A DNA stretch of 30,887 bases from positions 1 to 30,887 of IMG/VR virus record IMGVR_UViG_3300020045_006822; one strand, written 5' to 3'. Made by a program: the position numbers and the translations under genes. The notes under the pieces are model-generated. The model was not told the DNA's origin. It saw only the letters and a list, made by a program, of their open reading frames with translations, and did no database searches. Shown here piece after piece: positions 24,265-30,887 of the stretch; position 1 is the stretch's first letter; the number at the start of each line of letters is the position of its first letter. Source of the DNA: a virus. Lineage: Duplodnaviria; Caudoviricetes.

Positions 24265-24618
24265 TTATTTGTTATCTGCAATATCTGTTTTTTCGTCTAC
24301 TACTTTACGAATGTAAGTTTTACCTTTGCTATTGAAACTTTGAATTAAATAAGAACCAAAGAACCCCATCCCAAAGAAACTACAACGTACATAATCTAAT
24401 ATCAAAGGGTATTTTGCTCCTACTTCGCCAAAGACAAAAACCCAAACAAAAACCGCTATAAATGAAAGTGATATTCCGAACCAATCACATTTTAAATAAT
24501 GGATTATTCCAAATTCAATATTTGCTACTTTAGCATCTTTCTGTAAAGAGTTAGCCTTAAAAAGTGAGTGAGCAATTACTCCTAAAAATCCCAATAGGAT
24601 AAAAATAAATAGTTCCAT
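24265..24618 (-). CDS. Putative holin (three hydrophobic segments, charged C-terminus)
   Basis: Hydropathy and position in the lysis cassette. Confidence 0.55.
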   Translation of the reverse strand: MELFIFILLGFLGVIAHSLFKANSLQKDAKVANIEFGIIHYLKCDWFGISLSFIAVFVWVFVFGEVGAKYPLILDYVRCSFFGMGFFGSYLIQSFNSKGKTYIRKVVDEKTDIADNK

Positions 24619-24621
24619 AAT

Positions 24622-25032
24622 TTACAATGTTGGTGGCGCGCTTATCGTTTGCCAGTTATTACCTGTTGATTTTACATAAATTGCACCGCCTAAAATAATG
24701 CTTGGGCAATATACCATAAATCTCGGCAGTGCTGTTGGATATTGTGTGTTTAATTGTGATTTTGTAAGCCCAATTGTAGCTGAATTTAAAGCTGAATTTA
24801 CTGAATCATCCCAATTTTTAAGTATTAAACGACCTGATGTCTGAGCATATAAGCTCGGACGTAACACTGAACTTGCATCTGCTGTTGCTGTTGATGAAGC
24901 GTTAAACACGTAAATACGTGGCAAAACATCGCCTATTGCAGTATTTCCTAATAGTGCAACAATTAAATTGTCGTTGAAAGTGATATTGTCTAAATCTGCT
25001 TTCGTGCCTGCTGTTATAAAATTTGTTATCAT
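24622..25032 (-). CDS. Hypothetical fibre-associated protein
   Basis: ORF track; follows the fibre-like gene. Confidence 0.6.
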   Translation of the reverse strand: MITNFITAGTKADLDNITFNDNLIVALLGNTAIGDVLPRIYVFNASSTATADASSVLRPSLYAQTSGRLILKNWDDSVNSALNSATIGLTKSQLNTQYPTALPRFMVYCPSIILGGAIYVKSTGNNWQTISAPPTL

Positions 25033-25035
25033 TAA

Positions 25036-26781
25036 TTATTTAGCTTTATGTACCAAATCAACGTGGTAATTAATATCGTAAACTGCCATATTTCCGTTTC
25101 CAGATGTAATCTTAACAAGTCCTCCGTTAGCAATAAATGTAGCTCCTGAATACATTGGCACTACTATTGAAAAATTATGCTCTATACCCGCTCCTTTTGC
25201 GAAAATCTTGGTTTCCTTAAACTGCACCCCTAACGCTCCACCAATATCAATACCAAAATCGAAATAACCTGCTGTTGGTGCTGTTGTAGTTGCTTTAAAA
25301 CGTATAGTAGTAGTATAATAATCTCCGTTATTAGCGGGTGTTATTTTATTTGTAGCGCTATTGTAATAACTTGTTACGCCTGTTGGTATTTGTGTATTTA
25401 TAACCGTACCCGCATTATTTGGCAATGTAGATGTTACACCTGTTAATATAGAAAAAGGGCTTCCAATAGTATAGGCTGTATCTTGATAAACAGCCCATCC
25501 TGTTTTGTTGTCTACGTATATCTTTTGTGGGTAGTCTAAATTGGTTATGTTTGCAGAATAATCAGAACCGCCTCTAAACCCATATATGTTTTCTTCTACA
25601 CCTAATACTCCTGAAACATCTTTTACCGTTAAAGTTCTTTGATTAGTTAAGCCTATTGCGTTAAACTCTAATTGCCCGCCAGAAGTTGATGGAAATGTAA
25701 ATCTAAAACCATCGCTAACCGTATTTCCTATTTCATAATATAAACCATCTGACTGATAATTTATACCGCCATAATAACCTGTAACATCATTTTCAGAATC
25801 ATATATTTTTATCCTTGCATCGTTTTGTAAATCCAAATCCCCACTAATAGGACTACCCGAAGCCGTACCTGTAATTGGAACGAAATTCAAATCACTTGTC
25901 AAAGCCAATGTACCATCCATATCAGGTAATAGATAATTTCTACCTGTTGTTAAATTTGTTCCATCTAATTTTGCTTGTTTACCATCTAAGCCAATTGATA
26001 ATTTTTTACCACCTGAATAGGATTTTAATTGTAAATTTCTGGTTGCAGTATCCCAATCTTTTATATTATTTTCATAACCTAAATTAGTATTAGCATCAAA
26101 TGTAGCAGTATCAGTAAAAGTTTTTCCCCCTCCAATAGTTTCATTCCCTGTCTTATGGACTAAATTAGAATCATCAGGTATATCAGATACTAATGCTAAA
26201 GTACCAGCGGTTGCAGGTAATAAATGATTTACACTTGTTGTAGATTGTGACGGGTTTCTTGAAAGAGTTCCAAATCTATCAAATGCACTTGATAGGTTAA
26301 GTTCACCTAAATTATTTATACTTGCACCTTTACCTGTGTTTTGGTCTTGTACATTAAAGGCATAATTAAAATGCGTTGCAATTGTAGTTGGTAAACTAAT
26401 ATCGTCTTTTACAAAAATATCATTTGTAGTTGTATTGCCAACATCCGTAACTGATTGTAAATTCTGAGGACTTGAATCAGAATTTACCCAAATTGAACCA
26501 TTCCAATATTGAAATTTTTGTATCGTAGTGTCAAATAATTGCATTGATATAGTTGGACTTACAATAGCATTTTTTTGGGTTGTTGTCATTCTCGGAATAA
26601 GTATTCCAGATGTAGTGCTTACAACGTCAAGTATGGCTTGTGGTGTTGTTGTGTTTATTCCAACCCCTGCGTTTGGAGAATAAGGAACGATGTTTGCCGG
26701 AGCAATACCGTACATAAAACGTGTTGGATTCTGACTGTAACACATTGAACCAATAAAAAGTAATAAAAGTAATTTTTTCAT
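25036..26781 (-). CDS. Tail-fibre-like protein with N-terminal signal peptide, 581 aa
   Basis: LQSVTDVGNTTTN, VHKTGNETIGGGKTF, repeated LP...GTLAL.SD fibre motifs; MKKLLLLLFIGSMCYS-Q. Confidence 0.7.
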   Translation of the reverse strand: MKKLLLLLFIGSMCYSQNPTRFMYGIAPANIVPYSPNAGVGINTTTPQAILDVVSTTSGILIPRMTTTQKNAIVSPTISMQLFDTTIQKFQYWNGSIWVNSDSSPQNLQSVTDVGNTTTNDIFVKDDISLPTTIATHFNYAFNVQDQNTGKGASINNLGELNLSSAFDRFGTLSRNPSQSTTSVNHLLPATAGTLALVSDIPDDSNLVHKTGNETIGGGKTFTDTATFDANTNLGYENNIKDWDTATRNLQLKSYSGGKKLSIGLDGKQAKLDGTNLTTGRNYLLPDMDGTLALTSDLNFVPITGTASGSPISGDLDLQNDARIKIYDSENDVTGYYGGINYQSDGLYYEIGNTVSDGFRFTFPSTSGGQLEFNAIGLTNQRTLTVKDVSGVLGVEENIYGFRGGSDYSANITNLDYPQKIYVDNKTGWAVYQDTAYTIGSPFSILTGVTSTLPNNAGTVINTQIPTGVTSYYNSATNKITPANNGDYYTTTIRFKATTTAPTAGYFDFGIDIGGALGVQFKETKIFAKGAGIEHNFSIVVPMYSGATFIANGGLVKITSGNGNMAVYDINYHVDLVHKAK

Positions 26782-26791
26782 ATAATTGTTT

Positions 26792-27259
26792 TTAAGATTG
26801 TAAACCGTAGATGTGTACTAAGTCGTCCGTAATAGCGTCCGTTACCGTAACAACATCTAAAGTTCTTGAGAAACCAAAGGTAGGTAAATTATTTAATGTT
26901 ACAAATATCACAATTGAATTTGTAGGAACTGTAAAGTCTGTTCCTGTAGCTATGAATTCTTCTTTGTAAGGTAGTTGAGCTGCTACGGTTGGTTTATTCT
27001 TAATATAATCGTCTGCCGTATCGTCGTTTTGATTCCAATCTGCTTGCACATTTACCTCTGCACCATCCTCAATACCCGCTAACTTTACAACCTGAGCATC
27101 CGTAAAGTTATTTTCAGACAATCCAAAACCTACAACCTTATCAACTTTCGTTGTATAAAGTTCGGTATTCATAGCTTGTTGCTCTTGAAATGCCTGTCTT
27201 AATGGTTCTCCTGTACCATCGTTTGCTATTGCTCCTACATTAAAATTAGTCTGTGCCAT
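26792..27259 (-). CDS. Structural protein with T4 gp9/gp10-like N-terminal motif
   Basis: NVGAIANDGTGEPLRQAF; KLAGIEDGAEVNVQADWNQ...YIKNKP fibre motifs. Confidence 0.65.
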   Translation of the reverse strand: MAQTNFNVGAIANDGTGEPLRQAFQEQQAMNTELYTTKVDKVVGFGLSENNFTDAQVVKLAGIEDGAEVNVQADWNQNDDTADDYIKNKPTVAAQLPYKEEFIATGTDFTVPTNSIVIFVTLNNLPTFGFSRTLDVVTVTDAITDDLVHIYGLQS

Positions 27260-27718
27260 TTAGTACCAAGTGTTAAAAGGTTTTTTTTGTACTACGTTTT
27301 CAGTCGTGTATTCTGGAATAGTTATTGTTTTTAAATAAGCCAATAACTGACCCTCGAAATTGATTGCTAATTTACGATATTTTTCCGCAAGTATCTGCGT
27401 TTGTTTTAAGTCTGCTGTTTCGCCACCCTCAACACTCATTTTTACAATACCGTTATTTACAACTTTCACTCCCGCAAAATCAATAAAGTAAGCAGTTGCA
27501 TAGTATGACAAAATAAATACTAAATAATCATCGTAAATAATTAAATATTCATCGGTCAAAGTTTCCTCCAACATCTTATCATATAAAGGTTTTCCTAATA
27601 TTCTTTTAATATCAGTTACTTGCGCTGTGAAAATATGCGGTTTCAAACTATCAATATCAATGTTTCCTGATAAAGAAGTGATACGTGGTATGTCGTTAGG
27701 CTTGAGTAGTAGTTTCAT
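27260..27718 (-). CDS. Putative head-tail adaptor
   Basis: GNIDIDSLKPHI..AQ..DI..ILG..LY; follows portal. Confidence 0.55.
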   Translation of the reverse strand: MKLLLKPNDIPRITSLSGNIDIDSLKPHIFTAQVTDIKRILGKPLYDKMLEETLTDEYLIIYDDYLVFILSYYATAYFIDFAGVKVVNNGIVKMSVEGGETADLKQTQILAEKYRKLAINFEGQLLAYLKTITIPEYTTENVVQKKPFNTWY

Positions 27719-28790
27719 CTGTCTTTATTTCTTCGTTAGTTTCAAAATCTTTAAACTCTAAAGCATCAATTCCAATCGCTTTAAAGAAAGGTAAAATTCC
27801 ACTTATAAAAGTACGTCTATAAGGATTTATTTTCATTCTGTAAAGGTCTTGTATCGCTACTGCTCTTTCATCTGCATTGCTTGAAAAACCGTTACCACTA
27901 TTTGAACCAGCAAATATTACTGGTGGAGCAGAATGTGCAACGATTAATTTTCTTTCAGCTTCCTCACTATAAAATACATTATGTTGCGCAAACTCAGGAG
28001 GTGCAACCCTATCAACGGTTAAAGCGTTCTCCATTGATTCGTTTTGAGAAACAACAACCTTACCAGCGTTCTGACTCCCTACAACTTTTGAACGTAATTC
28101 ATCTGCGTCTTTTTTAGCTTCTTCAGGGTCGGCTATCATACCATTATTAGAGTTAATAATAGTAATATCCTCCATTCCGTTGCGATACTTATTGATTCCA
28201 GTATTCGCAATTTCGCCCTCAATTTGCGCCCAAGGTATTCCACTTAAATAGTCAGGAATAGGAAAAAACGGTTCCTCCGTTGGTCTGCGTATGTAAATTA
28301 TCTCTAAAGGATTTTCGTTCCACTTACCTGTAAAGATTGGATATAGTTCCGCTTTGTATTTATAACGTTGCGTCCAATCGTAGCTATACCAGTAACCATT
28401 TACTTTTACGGTTTTCTGGTCGTAGTTTGGTGCAAGTTTATAAATTGGAATGTACTCCATTTTTAAAGGATCATTATTTTTATTCCAAATAACTTGCAAA
28501 GCGCACCCCCCATATTTATATAAATCCTTAACGCAAAGTTCTTGGTCGTCAAATGAAAGATATTTCTCAATCGATACAATACCCTCGCCAAAGATATAAG
28601 AAGCGTAAGAGTTGATTATTGATGCATTGGTAGGGCTGTCGTCGTAGGCATCCCTATAAATCTGGAAGTTGGTGTTGTTAACGCCATTCAATACCCAATT
28701 TCGCCCGAAAACTGGTTTTATATCAATCGGTTGGTACTTTGAAAACGCTTCAAAAGTATAAACATTATTCTTTGAATTGGAAGTACTCAT
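27696..28790 (-). CDS. Putative portal protein
   Basis: SPTNASII, YGGCALQVIW, PIPDY, GSQNAGK, LIVAH..P, GFSSNADE patterns of Bacteroidota phage portals. Confidence 0.75.
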   Translation of the reverse strand: MSTSNSKNNVYTFEAFSKYQPIDIKPVFGRNWVLNGVNNTNFQIYRDAYDDSPTNASIINSYASYIFGEGIVSIEKYLSFDDQELCVKDLYKYGGCALQVIWNKNNDPLKMEYIPIYKLAPNYDQKTVKVNGYWYSYDWTQRYKYKAELYPIFTGKWNENPLEIIYIRRPTEEPFFPIPDYLSGIPWAQIEGEIANTGINKYRNGMEDITIINSNNGMIADPEEAKKDADELRSKVVGSQNAGKVVVSQNESMENALTVDRVAPPEFAQHNVFYSEEAERKLIVAHSAPPVIFAGSNSGNGFSSNADERAVAIQDLYRMKINPYRRTFISGILPFFKAIGIDALEFKDFETNEEIKTDETTTQA

Positions 28791-29091
28791 CTTTTTGGGT
28801 GTTATATTCGTAATTCTGTATGTCAGTTCCTTGTTTTAATACTAATAATTTACCTAAATATATAATATTTTCATCACTTTTAAGAGTAAATTCGTATTTA
28901 TTCTGTATTGCAAAATCGGTTGGTTGTGTTGTGATTGTAATTGTAAGCAATCTATCAATATCGTAAGTGAATGCAGGTGTAATTACAGCATCCGTTAACT
29001 CGTTACGTAGTGATAATGAAAGGTTTTCTATGTTATAATTACGTGGAATACACGAAAAAACTAACGGTTCATCTAAAAAAAGTACTTTCAT
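28765..29091 (-). CDS. Hypothetical structural protein
   Basis: Between tail tube and portal. Confidence 0.65.
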   Translation of the reverse strand: MKVLFLDEPLVFSCIPRNYNIENLSLSLRNELTDAVITPAFTYDIDRLLTITITTQPTDFAIQNKYEFTLKSDENIIYLGKLLVLKQGTDIQNYEYNTQKDEYFQFKE

Positions 29092-29105
29092 TTTAATTTT
29101 TGTAT

Positions 29106-29135
29106 AAAAAAAGCCTACCGTATTGATAGGCTTTT
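29106..29135 (-). terminator. Intrinsic terminator after the tail tube gene
   Basis: AAAAGCCTATC-AATAC-GGTAGGCTTTTTTT. Confidence 0.85.
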
Positions 29136-29150
29136 GTTAAATTTATTCTA

Positions 29151-29699
29151 TTATACGTATGCTTTTAAAGCAGCAGCATAATCTGTAATAGCATCGCCTG
29201 TAAGTAAATACAAATCTGCTGGGTCTGCTTCCATTGTTGTAATAGTAACAGTAAAACCTTTAGCATCGCCAATAGTTCCACCACTATCTAAGATTGGAGC
29301 AGTACATTGCGCACCATTCTGAGAACCAATAGGTCTGATTGTTCCGTCGTAATATTCCAAAAACGCTACGATTTCAGATTTACATAATTCAGTCAATAAA
29401 TTAGCTCTTTCAATTTCCGTTCCCGCTGGAGTTGAAAACATTAAAGTAACCGATCCGTTGTAACCACCGTTTCTGTTATCCCCTAATGCAATCCCTGTTT
29501 CAACGTAACGTGTTGTAGTGTTCTTAACTTCTAAACGTGCAATTGTAGTAGCACCGAAGTAAGTAGCCAAATCGACAACTCCAGTTGAAGTCGTTACGAT
29601 TCTATTGGTAGAGTTCCAAACACCAACACCAACGGCTTTAATACCCGCTTGTTTGGATTGGTCTTTTAACTTTACCGATTTTGTTAATGTAAGTGGCAT
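29151..29699 (-). CDS. Putative major tail tube protein
   Basis: AGIKAV, G..NGA, GGTIGDAKGFTVTITTME pattern; follows capsid and precedes a terminator. Confidence 0.65.
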   Translation of the reverse strand: MPLTLTKSVKLKDQSKQAGIKAVGVGVWNSTNRIVTTSTGVVDLATYFGATTIARLEVKNTTTRYVETGIALGDNRNGGYNGSVTLMFSTPAGTEIERANLLTELCKSEIVAFLEYYDGTIRPIGSQNGAQCTAPILDSGGTIGDAKGFTVTITTMEADPADLYLLTGDAITDYAAALKAYV

Positions 29700-29716
29700 A
29701 TTTTTTAAGTTTTTAA

Positions 29717-29734
29717 ACCGCCCCGAAAGGCGGT
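29717..29734 (-). other. UUCG-tetraloop hairpin between capsid and tail tube genes
   Basis: ACCGCCT-TTCG-GGGCGGT with a short U tail; weak terminator or mRNA stabiliser. Confidence 0.7.
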
Positions 29735-29745
29735 GTTAATATTTC

Positions 29746-30768
29746 TTATCCTACGTATAAAACGTTAAATTTCTGATTCGCAACGTGTGCGCCAATTGAT
29801 AAAATAGATTTGATAAACATATCTTCTCTATTTTCTGCAATTCTATCAATTTTCATTGTGTTGTTATCAGAAGCTAAATCTGTTACCCAAAACAAATGAG
29901 ATTTCAAAGCAGCAATTACTACGTTACTTGGTAGTGGCACAAACTCAATTAAGATACCATTAAAACGAAATTCTGTATTAGAATCGTTTACAGTAAATGG
30001 TCTGTTAAAATCTGAAACCACATTGTTTGCAGTAACAATCATTTGCATTACATTTCTTGGCGCATAGATTATCGGTTGCTCTGCACCCGCCAAAACCTCT
30101 GCAGGGATAGCTGCGTAGATTTTATCAAATTCCGCTTTTATATTTGCAGCAGTTAATGTTGTACCCGCTACTTTTATACGTGTTCCTAATGCCGCTGTTT
30201 GAGTTGCGTTAGAATCATTATAAACCATTTTAGCAAAAACACCGTCAATTTGAGAAGCTGTTAGAGCTGCAATAGCTGTTTTTTCTGCTGCTCCTACCGC
30301 GCCTTGACCTGTACCCGCTGTTAATGCCGCTACTGCTGTTTTAGTTGCTGCTGTTACACCATTCCAAAATTCATTCTCTAAAGCTAATGCCATTTTTTTA
30401 GCGTAAACACCTCCAATAACAACTCTTTCAAATTCTGTACTCATGTTATTCCATGCACCAGCTGCCATATCTCTTTTGAAACGAGAGAAACGTAAATTGT
30501 CTGGGCAAAATTCTTGATAGAACATTGCTTTTTTAGGAGTTACAACTGAATCAAATGCGCTTAATTCTCCTGAGCTTGTTGGGATTCCGCAAACAAATTC
30601 TTGAAGCGTTGCTGTTGCGCTTGCCTCAGTAAAAATTGTTTCGGCTTTTACGTCTGTTTCAAACGTTACCAATCCTTTAGCAATTGTTTGATTCTCGAAT
30701 AAGATTTCTTCGATAATCGGCTCGGCTGCTACACCTCTAATGTCTACTTTGTTATAAGTTATTGCCAT
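29746..30768 (-). CDS. Major capsid protein
   Basis: 340 aa, YQEFCP, LENEFWNG, FNGILIEFV; follows a scaffold-like ORF. Confidence 0.8.
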   Translation of the reverse strand: MAITYNKVDIRGVAAEPIIEEILFENQTIAKGLVTFETDVKAETIFTEASATATLQEFVCGIPTSSGELSAFDSVVTPKKAMFYQEFCPDNLRFSRFKRDMAAGAWNNMSTEFERVVIGGVYAKKMALALENEFWNGVTAATKTAVAALTAGTGQGAVGAAEKTAIAALTASQIDGVFAKMVYNDSNATQTAALGTRIKVAGTTLTAANIKAEFDKIYAAIPAEVLAGAEQPIIYAPRNVMQMIVTANNVVSDFNRPFTVNDSNTEFRFNGILIEFVPLPSNVVIAALKSHLFWVTDLASDNNTMKIDRIAENREDMFIKSILSIGAHVANQKFNVLYVG

Positions 30769-30784
30769 TTTTTCTTTTTATTTA

Positions 30785-30887
30785 TTAATTGTTTTTTTGT
30801 ATTCTAAATTTTTCTAATGCTTTGTTAGGGTGCGAAACCTCAACTGGCGCATTAATAATAGTAGCAACAGCTGGAGTTTCAGATTTG
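30785..30887 (-). CDS. C-terminus of putative scaffold/protease, truncated by the window
   Basis: KSETPAVATIINAPVEVSHPNKALEKFRIQKNN* directly upstream of capsid. Confidence 0.55.
   Translation of the reverse strand, partial: KSETPAVATIINAPVEVSHPNKALEKFRIQKNN

Larger units (their letters stand above)
1..30887. mobile_element. Tailed bacteriophage genome segment, Bacteroidota (likely Flavobacterium-type) host
   Basis: Terminase, capsid, portal, lysozyme, ERF, primase-helicase and NinG genes; no host housekeeping genes; TAnnTTTG promoters. Confidence 0.95.

Noticed and set aside
525-28117. Antisense or nested ORF-track entries (525, 5159, 8378, 8519, 9015, 10584, 13990, 18323, 18367, 18515, 18835, 19678, 20199, 21166, 22593, 24100, 25875, 27881)
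   Set aside because: Overlap well-supported genes, lack plausible start context and have shadow-like composition
1-30887. CRISPR array, integrase/att site, diversity-generating retroelement, DNA polymerase
   Set aside because: No repeat-spacer array, recombinase, reverse transcriptase or polymerase motifs seen

Overview
AT-rich tailed-phage (Caudoviricetes) DNA from a Bacteroidota host, probably Flavobacteriaceae. Host evidence: TAnnTTTG promoters, A-rich start regions without Shine-Dalgarno, DUF3127 SSB and a DUF6291-type initiator. A divergent promoter pair at ~13.7 kb splits the window. The leftward arm carries ERF, SSB, initiator, T7 gp4-like primase-helicase, NinG, both terminase subunits, a frameshifted tail chaperone and tail/neck genes. 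The rightward arm is small accessory genes ending in a DNA methyltransferase. The right third (minus strand) holds scaffold end, major capsid, tail tube, portal, adaptor, fibres and a lysis cassette containing an initiator-like tRNA-Met(CAT). No integrase, CI, polymerase or CRISPR array is visible. The main unexplained signal is a structured RNA leader present in three sequence-divergent copies (11.3, 12.55, 21.35 kb): two hairpins with perfectly complementary loops, a shared AAA(C/A)ATTAT linker and a terminator-like U tail, each ahead of a DNA-metabolism gene. Also notable are a -1 frameshift candidate, two genes broken by single in-frame stops, an iteron-like origin and a fibre-like protein with a signal peptide. 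Protein calls come from motif recognition, not database searches.
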